From the NCBI GenBank assembly GCA_963765675.1, contig CAVXXK010000001.1, positions 1-64,000 of the forward strand: 64,000 bases of DNA. The letters are read 5' to 3'. The DNA is from an uncultured delta proteobacterium. Its GTDB lineage: Bacteria; Desulfobacterota; Binatia; Binatales; Binataceae. Within the stretch, counting starts at the first letter, position 1. The number at the start of each line of letters is the position of its first letter. Positions 49,861-58,485 of the stretch are shown here, piece by piece. The notes beneath the pieces were generated by a model, which was given only the letters and a program-made list of their open reading frames with translations, was not told where the DNA came from and did not search any database. Both the position numbers and the translations under genes were made by a program.

Positions 49861-50829
49861 TCATCGATGCGCGGGGTTCATCGCCGCGTAGGCGGCGCCT
49901 ACTACGCCGCCGATCGGGCCTAGCGCTGCGCGGACGATTCGCGCCTGAGCGGCGATCGCGGTGAAGGCGCGCAGGCGAACCTCGGCGGTCATCGTTTTGC
50001 GCATGTAGGGAAGCGCTCCCGCGACTCCTCCGCCGATCACAACCAGGTCGGGATTGAAGACGTTCAGCAGCGACGCGATCGCGATCCCCAGGTAGCGTCC
50101 CGACGCCGCAAACGTCTCGAGTGCGAGCCGATCGTGCGCGCGTGCACAAACCGTCATCGCGCGCACGCTAAAATTTCCGTCGGCATCGAGATACTTCGCC
50201 GGAATTCTCCTGCGCGCGCCGATCCGCCGCGCGACCAGCCCGCGTATCCCGCTCGACGACGCGTACGCCTCGACGCATCCGCGCGATCCGCAATCGCACG
50301 GCATCCCGTCCGGCTCGACCGTGATATGGCCCATCTCGCCCGCCATCCCGCTGCGTCCGTGAAAGATCTTTCCGCCGACGATCAGCCCGCCGCCGATTCC
50401 GGTGCCGAGCGTCAGCAACACAACGTCGCGATGACCCCGCGCGGCGCCGCGCCAGAACTCGCCGAGCGCCCACGCGTTGGCGTCGTTCTCGACCACGACG
50501 CGCCTGCCGAGTTCCGCTTCGAGCTTCGCTCTGAGTGGAAATGCGCGCCACGCCTTGACGTGCGGCGCCGCCATCACGATGCCCTGGTAGACGTCGAGCG
50601 GACCGGGAACGGCGACTCCGATCGCGCCCGGCGCGCCCATCCCGCGCCGTCTCGCGTCGGCTTCGAGCGCGCGAACCTGCCGCGCGATATTCGACGCGAC
50701 CGCAGGTCCATTCGAGTCCGCCTGCGACGGCGCGCGCCGCATGAACAGCACGCGGCCGTCGTGCGATACTGCGGCGCAGCGGATATTGGTTCCGCCCATG
50801 TCGAGTCCGATCACGTAGCGCGCAGGCAT
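49861..50829 (-). CDS. ROK family sugar kinase (glucokinase-like)
   Basis: GLDMGGTN, VENDANA, LGTGIGGG, GEMGH, CDCGSRGCVE. Confidence 0.92.
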   Translation of the reverse strand: MPARYVIGLDMGGTNIRCAAVSHDGRVLFMRRAPSQADSNGPAVASNIARQVRALEADARRRGMGAPGAIGVAVPGPLDVYQGIVMAAPHVKAWRAFPLRAKLEAELGRRVVVENDANAWALGEFWRGAARGHRDVVLLTLGTGIGGGLIVGGKIFHGRSGMAGEMGHITVEPDGMPCDCGSRGCVEAYASSSGIRGLVARRIGARRRIPAKYLDADGNFSVRAMTVCARAHDRLALETFAASGRYLGIAIASLLNVFNPDLVVIGGGVAGALPYMRKTMTAEVRLRAFTAIAAQARIVRAALGPIGGVVGAAYAAMNPAHR

Positions 50830-50890
50830 AGCTCCTCTTCTCACCACGCCGCTCCAGCGCCGCGGGATTTTCATCGTTCGATCCGTGCGG

Positions 50891-51622
50891 TTATCGCCGC
50901 ATCACCGCCAGGTACTCGCGATTCCCCTTCGCGCCCTCGATCGGCGATTCGAGCGGGCCGTCAACCGCAAGTCCGAGACCGCGAGCGAATTCGATGATCC
51001 CCGCGACCGCTGCGATCCGCACCGTATCGTCGCGCACGATTCCGCCCTTGCCGACTTTTCCCTTGCCGACTTCGAACTGCGGCTTGATAAGCGCGATAAC
51101 TTCGGCCTTTGGGGCGGCAAGTGCAAGCACCGCCGGAATCACGAGTTTCAGCGAGATGAAGCTCGCGTCGATCGTCACGAGTTCCGGCGCATACGGAAGC
51201 TCGCCGGGATTGACGCGCCGAATATTCGTCCGGTCGAGGACGGTCACGCGCGGATCGACGCGCAGGCGTTCGAGAATCTGCCCGTAGCCGACGTCGAGTG
51301 CGATCACGTGCGCCGCGCCGCGCTTGAGCAGCACGTCGGTGAAGCCTCCCGTCGATGCGCCGACATCGAGCGCCCGGCGGCCCTCAACCGGCACCGCAAA
51401 ATGATCGAGTGCCGCGATAAGTTTGTGCGCGCCGCGGCTCGCCCACTCGGGCGGCCCGGCCAACACGACGATCTCGGCCTCCGCGGTGACGCGCTGATCG
51501 GGTTTACCGGCGGGACGCGAGTTCACGCGCACGCGCCCCGCCATGATGAGCCGCTGCGCAGCCTCGCGGCTGGGCGCAAGTCCGCGCCGCGCCATCGCCG
51601 AGTCCAGCCGCTCACGCGTCAT
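50891..51622 (-). CDS. tlyA: TlyA family rRNA methyltransferase
   Basis: ERLD S4 domain, SRGAHKL, DVGASTGGFTD, LIKPQFE, GNREY. Confidence 0.93.
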   Translation of the reverse strand: MTRERLDSAMARRGLAPSREAAQRLIMAGRVRVNSRPAGKPDQRVTAEAEIVVLAGPPEWASRGAHKLIAALDHFAVPVEGRRALDVGASTGGFTDVLLKRGAAHVIALDVGYGQILERLRVDPRVTVLDRTNIRRVNPGELPYAPELVTIDASFISLKLVIPAVLALAAPKAEVIALIKPQFEVGKGKVGKGGIVRDDTVRIAAVAGIIEFARGLGLAVDGPLESPIEGAKGNREYLAVMRR

Positions 51623-51671
51623 CGTCGGAAGCCTCGGCGCGCGCACGAAATCGCGATAGAAGCTGCGCTAT

Positions 51672-51950
51672 TCAGAACGGAATATCGTCGTCGTCAACAG
51701 GGGCCCGGCGCGGGGCGGGTTCGCCGTCGTCGAGCAGGCCGGTTGCGAGCTTGCCCTCGGCGTCGCGGGTCAGTACTTCGACTTTGCGTTCGACCTCGTC
51801 GAGTTTCTGGCTGAGCGACTTGACCAGCGCGACGCCGCGCTCGAATGCGCCGATCGATTCGTCGAGCGAGAGCTCTCCGGAATCGATCTGGTTGACAATC
51901 GTCTCGAGGTCTTTCAATTCGTCTTCGAATTTGTTCGTCTTCGCAACCAT
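51672..51950 (-). CDS. xseB: Exodeoxyribonuclease VII small subunit
   Basis: FEDELKDLETIV..LSLDESIGAFERG. Confidence 0.92.
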   Translation of the reverse strand: MVAKTNKFEDELKDLETIVNQIDSGELSLDESIGAFERGVALVKSLSQKLDEVERKVEVLTRDAEGKLATGLLDDGEPAPRRAPVDDDDIPF

Positions 51951-51972
51951 CGAGAGTCTCCCGAAGATCTCG

Positions 51973-53280
51973 TTAATTTCTTCGCGCAGTTACGCGCGCC
52001 GTGAGGCTGCCGTGCATCAGCCTTATGTCCAGTTCGTCGCCCAGCTCGACCGCTGCCGAATCGACAACCACTTTCGCGGTGCGCAGATCGGTGACGACGG
52101 CGTATCCGCGCTCGAGCACCTTGAGCGGCGACATCGAATCCATCCGGCCGGCGAGCTCTGCTACCCGAGATCGCCCCGCCGCGATCGTTTTCGCGCCTGC
52201 CGCCGCGAGCCTTTGTGCGAGGGCATTTGCGGCGAGTTCATCTTCACGCGCCCGCGTGCGCATCGCACGCGCCAGCGAGAGCACGGCGCGCGCGAGATTC
52301 TCGCGCGCCTCGATGAGCATCGCACCCGGATGCCGCAGCCTGACCGTGAGATCGTCGAGCGTCTCGCGTAGGCCGTCGAGCGTCCGCTCCATCGCAACCG
52401 ACAGCGACTCAGCCGCGGCGGCGACGCGTTCGGCGAGTTCGGCCTTGGCCGCGATCACCATCTGCGCGGCGGCGGTCGGCGTGGGCGCGCGAACGTCGGC
52501 CACGAAATCGGCAATCGTGTAGTCGATCTCGTGGCCGACGGCCGAGATGATCGGAATTACGGAACGAGCTATCGCGCGCGCGACGATCTCTTCGTTAAAC
52601 GCCCACAAATCTTCGAGCGAGCCGCCGCCGCGGCCGACGATCAGCACATGGGCGCGGCCGTCGCGGTTGAGATCGTCGATCGCCTCGGCGATGTCACTCG
52701 CCGCGAATTCGCCCTGCACGATCGCGGGGCGGAAAATCAGATGACGGTCGGGATAACGATCACCGAGCACGCGCAGGATATCGCGCAAACCGGCGCCCGA
52801 GCGCGCGGTGACGATTCCGATCACCGTCGGCAAAAACGGAATCGGGCGTTTGCGTTCGGCGGCGAACAGGCCCTCAGCTTCGAGCCGCTTCTTGAGCTGC
52901 TCGAAGGCGAGCTGCAGTGCGCCCGCGCCGCGCGGCTCGACCGCGTCGGCGATAACCTGCAACTGGCCGCGCGCCTCGAACAGGTTTGCGCGCCCTCGCA
53001 CCAGGATCGCCATCCCGTCAGCGACGCGGAATTTGGTCCTCGCGTACGCGCTCTTGAACATCACGACGCTGATCGAGCTGCGGTCATCCTTGAGCGTGAA
53101 ATAGAGATGCCCGGAGCCGGGGATGCGCGTGTTCGAGACCTCGCCGGTCACCCAGAATTCATCGAGGCTGGCTTCGAGGGTGCCGCTGATGAGCCGCACC
53201 AGCTCGGTGACGCCGAGCGCCTTGCGCGGCGCGGGAGCCGCGGGCGGCAGCGTCAAATTGAGTTGTGCGTCGGTCGGCAT
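51973..53280 (-). CDS. xseA: Exodeoxyribonuclease VII large subunit
   Basis: GEVSN..SGHLYFTLKD, RGGGSLEDLWAFN, VGHEID, PTPTAAA, LERGYA. Confidence 0.96.
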   Translation of the reverse strand: MPTDAQLNLTLPPAAPAPRKALGVTELVRLISGTLEASLDEFWVTGEVSNTRIPGSGHLYFTLKDDRSSISVVMFKSAYARTKFRVADGMAILVRGRANLFEARGQLQVIADAVEPRGAGALQLAFEQLKKRLEAEGLFAAERKRPIPFLPTVIGIVTARSGAGLRDILRVLGDRYPDRHLIFRPAIVQGEFAASDIAEAIDDLNRDGRAHVLIVGRGGGSLEDLWAFNEEIVARAIARSVIPIISAVGHEIDYTIADFVADVRAPTPTAAAQMVIAAKAELAERVAAAAESLSVAMERTLDGLRETLDDLTVRLRHPGAMLIEARENLARAVLSLARAMRTRAREDELAANALAQRLAAAGAKTIAAGRSRVAELAGRMDSMSPLKVLERGYAVVTDLRTAKVVVDSAAVELGDELDIRLMHGSLTARVTARRN

Positions 53281-53363
53281 ATGGGCAGAGCGCGATTACG
53301 CATCGTTCGCCCTAAACTTACCAGATGAGACAAGTGCACTCCTACTGGGATAGCGACTCTGAT

Positions 53364-53494
53364 GTGTCATTCCCGCGCGCGTTGCTGCCGCGTGCGAGGA
53401 GTCCCGGATCTCTTGCGATTACGGCAGACACGCCGCCGGTTGAAGACTTGCGGCGTTCGCAGAGTCCGGGCTTTCTCCCTTCGGTCGAAATGAC
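53364..53494 (+). repeat. REP-like family B element (GTCATT..AATGAC bounded)
   Basis: Starts GTGTCATTCCCGCG, ends CGAAATGAC; shares left part with 46651-46690. Confidence 0.6.
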
Positions 53495-53520
53495 GAATCG
53501 AGTCTCACTGGGCAGCAAAG

Positions 53521-54669
53521 CTACCTGCCGATGCCAAGGCGGACGCGGGCGTAGGTTTCGGCGGACGAATCGAAATCGATACTGGCGTGCTGCGCGCCTA
53601 CGTTGATGTTGCGGAACGCGGCCTGGAGTGGACTCGACTCGTACACTGAATGCGCTCCCGATCCGGAATAGAGCCGCGCGACGGCGCGACGGCATAGCTC
53701 GGCTGAATATGCAGCGTTCCACTTCACCCGCGCACGCTCCGCGAAGTTCATGCCCGCGCCTATTTCCATCAAACGCTCGAACTCGTTTTGCGTGTCGCCC
53801 TCGAGCAGCTCCGCACTGCGGATTTCCGCCGCCGCCTCAGCCAGGCGTATCTGGGTCGGGGCGTGCTCGGCCTTGCTCGCGCCGGTCAGGATCACGCGGC
53901 GCTCGCGCGTTCGCTCGATAAATTTGTCGAGCGCGAATTTCGCCGAGCCCAGCACCGCGGTCGCGACCGAATTCGAGAGCATCGCCTCGGCCGACAGCCG
54001 GTAGAGATTGCTCGCGTGATTGCGCGCGTGCGGACTCGATCCGCCGAACAGCACGCGCGTGTCGATCGCGCGATACGTCGGCACAAAGACTCCGTGCGCG
54101 ACCAAATCCTTGCTGCCCGAGCCGCGCAACCCGAGCACGCGCCAGGTATCGTCGACCTCGATCACATCGCGCGGGATCACGACGTGAACTTTGGGTCCGC
54201 GCGTCTGCGAATCGGCGCATCCGAGCATCACCCAGTCGGCATGGTCGATCCCGCTGCCGAATTGCCATCGCCCATCGATACGGTAGCCGCCATCGACGTC
54301 GCTCGCCGTCCCCTGCCACGAGAGCGTACCCGCGACCAGACCGTCGCTGCCGCCCGTGAAGACGTCATCCTGCGCAGCTTCGGGAAACGAGCCCATGCAC
54401 CAATGATGCGCCCCCATCACCATCAGCACCCATCCGCTCGACGGACACGCCATCGAGATCGTCGTGACGGCGTCGGCAAGGGTGCGGAGCGTAAGCTCGT
54501 AGCCGCCGGCGCGCGCGGGAATCGGGATCCGGAACATTCCCGCGTCGCGCAGGATGCGCATGCTCTCGGGCGCGAGCATCCGCGCCTCGTCGGACGCGCG
54601 CGCATTGCGCTCGAGCGCGGGCGCAATCTCCGCGACCCGGCGCAAAACTTCCGCGCGATCGATTTTCAT
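53521..54669 (-). CDS. Acyl-CoA dehydrogenase-like flavin-dependent hydroxylase (HsaA-like)
   Basis: CPSSGW, GRWQFGSGIDHADW, DTWRVLGLRGSGS. Confidence 0.85.
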   Translation of the reverse strand: MKIDRAEVLRRVAEIAPALERNARASDEARMLAPESMRILRDAGMFRIPIPARAGGYELTLRTLADAVTTISMACPSSGWVLMVMGAHHWCMGSFPEAAQDDVFTGGSDGLVAGTLSWQGTASDVDGGYRIDGRWQFGSGIDHADWVMLGCADSQTRGPKVHVVIPRDVIEVDDTWRVLGLRGSGSKDLVAHGVFVPTYRAIDTRVLFGGSSPHARNHASNLYRLSAEAMLSNSVATAVLGSAKFALDKFIERTRERRVILTGASKAEHAPTQIRLAEAAAEIRSAELLEGDTQNEFERLMEIGAGMNFAERARVKWNAAYSAELCRRAVARLYSGSGAHSVYESSPLQAAFRNINVGAQHASIDFDSSAETYARVRLGIGR

Positions 54670-54779
54670 CGCGGTATGGTTCCTCCCTGCACGATTCACT
54701 CCTAACCCGCGCGCGACGCGTCCGGCAACTGCCGCGGGTGCCTCGCGCGGCGCGGCGGCGGTGTGCTAACAAGCCGCGT

Positions 54780-56141
54780 ATGGCGTCGATGAAATTTCCT
54801 GAGGGATTTTTGTGGGGCACCGCGAGCGCCTCTTACCAGATCGAAGGAGCGTGGGACCACGACGGCAAGGGCGAATCGATCTGGGACCGCTTTTCACACA
54901 CACCCGGCCGGATCAAAAACTCGTGGACCGGCGACGTCGCGTGCGATTTCTACCATCGCTTCAAGGACGATATCGCGCTTGAGGCCGAACTCGGGCTGAA
55001 TGCCTCGCGCATCTCGCTTTCGTGGCCGCGCATCATGCCCGAAGGCAAGGGGCGCATCAACCAGAAGGGAATCGACTTCTACAAACGCGTCGCCGACGAA
55101 TTGCTCGCACGCAAGATCCAGCCTTGGGTCACGCTCTATCATTGGGATCTGCCGCAGGCGCTCGAGGAGCTCGGCGGATGGACCAATCGCGATCTCGCGG
55201 GCTACTTCGGCGACTATGCCGCCGCGTGCGCCGACGCGCTCGGTGATCGGGTCAAGCATTGGATGGTCTTCAACGAGCCGTGGATTTTTACCATCTTCGG
55301 CTACCTACTCGGTAATCATGCGCCCGGCCGGCGTGACGGCGCGCAGGCGATCCGGGCGACGCACGTCGTCAACCTGGCGCAGGGACTCGGGGTGCGCGCG
55401 CTGCGCGAGTCGCGTCACAAGCCGGCGGCGGTCGGAACCGCGTTCAGCATGTCGTCGGTCGAGCCCAACACCAATTCGCCCGAAGATAAAAGCGCCGCCG
55501 AACGATGGCATAGATTCAATAACCTGTGGTTCCTCGACACGGTGATGAAGGGTGAATATCCGAGGATCTACGACACCGGCGACGTCGCCGACCGGGTCGA
55601 TATGCGGCCCGGTGATATGGAGACGATCAAGGCGCCGCTCGATTTTATCGGAATCAATCTCTACTTCCGGAGCATTGTCGCGCACGACAACAACGCCGCG
55701 ACACTCAACGTGCGGCAGATTCATCCGGAAACCAAGGAGCTGACCGATTTCGGATGGGAGATTTCGCCGCGCGCGCTTTCGGACATGACGAAGACGATCG
55801 CCGCCGACTATCCCGGCCTGCCGATCTATATCACCGAAAACGGATGCTCTTACGGTGACGCGCCGGGCGCCGACGGACGGGTGCATGACACGCGGCGGAT
55901 CGATTTCACCCGGCGCTATCTGGCGGAGCTATGGCGCGCGATCGAGAAAGGCGCCGACGTGCGCGGCTACTTCCATTGGACGTTGACGGACAATTTCGAA
56001 TGGGCGGAAGGCTTCGCGCAGCGCTTCGGAATCGTCTACTGCGACTTCGATACTCTTGCCCGGACCGTCAAGGACAGCGGGCGATGGTACGGGCAGATCG
56101 CGCGTAACAACGCGCTCGATCGCGACCCGGGCGCGCAATGA
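54780..56141 (+). CDS. GH1 beta-glucosidase
   Basis: FLWGTASASYQIEG, TLYHWDLPQ, NEP, ITENG, DNFEWAEG. Confidence 0.95.
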   Translation: MASMKFPEGFLWGTASASYQIEGAWDHDGKGESIWDRFSHTPGRIKNSWTGDVACDFYHRFKDDIALEAELGLNASRISLSWPRIMPEGKGRINQKGIDFYKRVADELLARKIQPWVTLYHWDLPQALEELGGWTNRDLAGYFGDYAAACADALGDRVKHWMVFNEPWIFTIFGYLLGNHAPGRRDGAQAIRATHVVNLAQGLGVRALRESRHKPAAVGTAFSMSSVEPNTNSPEDKSAAERWHRFNNLWFLDTVMKGEYPRIYDTGDVADRVDMRPGDMETIKAPLDFIGINLYFRSIVAHDNNAATLNVRQIHPETKELTDFGWEISPRALSDMTKTIAADYPGLPIYITENGCSYGDAPGADGRVHDTRRIDFTRRYLAELWRAIEKGADVRGYFHWTLTDNFEWAEGFAQRFGIVYCDFDTLARTVKDSGRWYGQIARNNALDRDPGAQ

Positions 56142-56740
56142 CGCCCGCAATGAACGGCGCGGAAATCCTGGTCTGGATCCACGTGCTCGCCTGGGCCGCC
56201 TACTTCGGCGCTCAGTTCGCGGTCATCTATATGCTGATGCCCGCGGCCGAGGGCGCGCCCGACGAGGCGCACCGCCGCGCGAGCTTGATAACCGGCTTCA
56301 AATTTTACAATCCGTTTTCGATCGGGATGCTGGGGATCGTCGTGATCACGGGCGCGATGCGGCTGACCGATCTCAAGGCGGAGATGAAGTTCGATTACTT
56401 TGCGCGAATCGGAGAGCCGCTCGCGATAAAGCTAGGGCTCGCGTTTCTGCTGATCTTCATCCAGACCTACATCACGTTCGGCTTATCATTCAGAATCGGC
56501 CGGCAGGAAGAGGTTGCCGCACACGGCGACGGACCTGCGTTCACGGTCGAGCAGTTGAACTCGATGCTGAAGCGGATTCGCGCGATGATCTGGGTAACGA
56601 TCGTACTGACTGCCGCGGTGGTACTCGTGTCGCTGACTATTGTGCGGCGCGCGGCGGATGAGGCGACTACTGAGTCGCGCATCTCCGCGCGCGCCGCATT
56701 GGATTTGGACTTTACCCGGCCGCAGGTTCCAGCCGGTTAG
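56138..56740 (+). CDS. 4-TM membrane protein (CopD/DUF4149-like)
   Basis: WIHVLA..VITG..KLGL helices; overlaps GH1 stop. Confidence 0.7.
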   Translation: MTPAMNGAEILVWIHVLAWAAYFGAQFAVIYMLMPAAEGAPDEAHRRASLITGFKFYNPFSIGMLGIVVITGAMRLTDLKAEMKFDYFARIGEPLAIKLGLAFLLIFIQTYITFGLSFRIGRQEEVAAHGDGPAFTVEQLNSMLKRIRAMIWVTIVLTAAVVLVSLTIVRRAADEATTESRISARAALDLDFTRPQVPAG

Positions 56741-56777
56741 GCGGCGCGCGCGTCGCAGGCGACCCTTGCCAGATCGC

Positions 56778-56957
56778 TCAGGCGAGCGCGAGGAACGAGC
56801 AGACGAGATAGGCGAGCGTGATGAGCCCAAACGCCACGCCGGGAAGCTCGGTAAGGAAGCTATTCTGCGCGTAACGGATGTAGTCAGTCGGCGCCGCCGT
56901 CTCAGTCGCGGGCGTCAGTCCTGCAAACCGGGTACGGTTGGTGGTCGTCGCATTCAT
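56778..56957 (-). CDS. 59-aa tail-anchored microprotein, paralog 3
   Basis: MNATTTNRTRFAGLTPATETAAPTDYIRYAQNSFLTELPGVAFGLITLAYLVCSFLALA; GGGAG RBS. Confidence 0.85.
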   Translation of the reverse strand: MNATTTNRTRFAGLTPATETAAPTDYIRYAQNSFLTELPGVAFGLITLAYLVCSFLALA

Positions 56958-56990
56958 GGTCGTAATTCTCCCGTGAGTTATCTTTTCGTG

Positions 56991-57170
56991 TTATGCCAAT
57001 GCCAGCAGGGACATCGCGATGTACGCCAGCGTGATAATTCCGAACGCCAGGCCCGGAAGCTCCGTCAGGAAGCTGTTCTGGGCGTAACGGATGTAGTCGA
57101 TCGGCGCCGCCGTCTCAGTCGCGTGAGTCAATCCTGCAATCTCGGTACGGTTGGTGGTCGTCGCATTCAT
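56991..57170 (-). CDS. 59-aa tail-anchored microprotein, paralog 2
   Basis: MNATTTNRTEIAGLTHATETAAPIDYIRYAQNSFLTELPGLAFGIITLAYIAMSLLALA; AAGGGAG RBS. Confidence 0.85.
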   Translation of the reverse strand: MNATTTNRTEIAGLTHATETAAPIDYIRYAQNSFLTELPGLAFGIITLAYIAMSLLALA

Positions 57171-57201
57171 GGTCGTCTTCTCCCTTCGATTGTTTCGGTT
57201 G

Positions 57202-57381
57202 TTATGCCAAGGCCAGCAGGGAAGTCACGATGTACGCCAGCGTGAGCAGCCCAAACACGAGTCCCGGCACTTCGTCGAGCCAGCTGTACTGCGCCAGCCG
57301 AACGGCATCGGTCGACGCCGCGGCTTCTGCCACTTCCTCATACCCAGCCAGCCTTGCCTCATTGGTCGTCGTCGCGTTCAT
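57202..57381 (-). CDS. 59-aa tail-anchored microprotein, paralog 1
   Basis: MNATTTNEARLAGYEEVAEAAASTDAVRLAQYSWLDEVPGLVFGLLTLAYIVTSLLALA; GGAGG RBS. Confidence 0.85.
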   Translation of the reverse strand: MNATTTNEARLAGYEEVAEAAASTDAVRLAQYSWLDEVPGLVFGLLTLAYIVTSLLALA

Positions 57382-57416
57382 TTTAAGTTCCTCCGAAACT
57401 TGACTTCGGGAGGTAA

Positions 57417-57432
57417 AGCAGGACCTGTGCCA
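57417..57432 (-). promoter_or_regulatory. Sigma54-type promoter for the microprotein triplet
   Basis: TGGCACAGGTCCTGCT (GG-N10-GC); upstream IHF-like TAACTATTTGGCT (57508-57496) and TTTGCGATACGCAAA palindrome near 57540. Confidence 0.65.
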
Positions 57433-57693
57433 TTGGAAAAACTCTCGATTTCAGAAGGATTTTGCTTTCGCAGCCTGTGCATAATCTCAGTCAAAAGCCA
57501 AATAGTTAAGGATTTGTAAGGATTTTTCTGGAATCGCGTTTTGCGATACGCAAATTTCTTGTTTTCGACATTCGCGTGAATTTTCGGTTTTTGCGAAACA
57601 CTGCAAGCAATCCAATGCAGTAAACTGATTGCATTAGACCCTCCTTCACGGAGTCTTTTAACCGTCATCACAATCTGCGACAGTGCCTTCATC

Positions 57694-58455
57694 ATGGACG
57701 ACACGCCACCTGCTCCTTCGCCTCGCACGACCGGCGAGCTAATTGCTCCGACCGCAATCGCATCCGACGCGCCCCAGAGCGACCACCGGACCGCATTGAC
57801 CCGCGAGTCGATTGTGCGCTTCGGCGAGCAAATCATTTTCGTCACGGCGGTCGTCGGCGCGGTGGCGCTCGGGCTCGGTATCACCGACTACTTTCGCGAC
57901 CACCGGTACATCTCGGCCTATCTGATCGCGTACATCGGATTTCGTTTTGCGGAACTGATGGTCGGCGAGGATCCGCGGCATCCGGCCGAGGCTGCCCAGG
58001 CGCACGCGCAGCGCATCCAGACCCAGATCGCGGTGCTGATATTGTTTGCGGCCGCTCCGTTCGAGCGGACCTATCTATACGGCGGCGACCCGGAGAAATG
58101 GGTTGGCGCACTTGGACTGTTGCTCGAGCTTGGCGGCCTGTGGCTCGCGCTGGGAGCGCGTATCCAGTTGCATTTTTTTTCGTCCGACAAAAGCGGACGC
58201 GAACGGATGATCCTCGTAAAGACCGGATTTTTCCGCTACGTGCGCCATCCGGTTTACGCCGGCGTGCTGCTGGTGATGCTCGCGTGGCCGCTCGTGTTTG
58301 CGGCGCCGATCGTCGCGATCGCGACGCTGGCCGTGGGACTCACTATCGCGCGGCGTCAAATTCGCGCCGACGAAGCGATTCTGGCCGCGCGCTTTGGCAA
58401 AGAGTTCGAGGAATACTGTCACACGACGGACGCGCTCATCCCGAGCATCTGGTGA
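57694..58455 (+). CDS. Isoprenylcysteine carboxyl methyltransferase (ICMT/Ste14)-like membrane protein
   Basis: LVKTGFFRYVRHPVYAG..DEAILAARFGKEFEEY..LIPSIW. Confidence 0.85.
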   Translation: MDDTPPAPSPRTTGELIAPTAIASDAPQSDHRTALTRESIVRFGEQIIFVTAVVGAVALGLGITDYFRDHRYISAYLIAYIGFRFAELMVGEDPRHPAEAAQAHAQRIQTQIAVLILFAAAPFERTYLYGGDPEKWVGALGLLLELGGLWLALGARIQLHFFSSDKSGRERMILVKTGFFRYVRHPVYAGVLLVMLAWPLVFAAPIVAIATLAVGLTIARRQIRADEAILAARFGKEFEEYCHTTDALIPSIW

Positions 58456-58485
58456 GCTTGGCAAAAACCAATTCGCGATACGTGA

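Noticed and set aside
56778-57381. Microproteins as Flp/type IV pilins or light-harvesting apoproteins
   Set aside because: No G|xxxxE(Y) prepilin cleavage motif, no tad/pil genes nearby, and no conserved His in the helix.
56640-57519. Plus-strand ORFs with internal repeats; possible CRISPR-like array
   Set aside because: They are antisense shadows of the three microprotein genes. The ~212-bp period with codon-patterned divergence is gene duplication, not repeat-spacer structure, and there are no cas genes.
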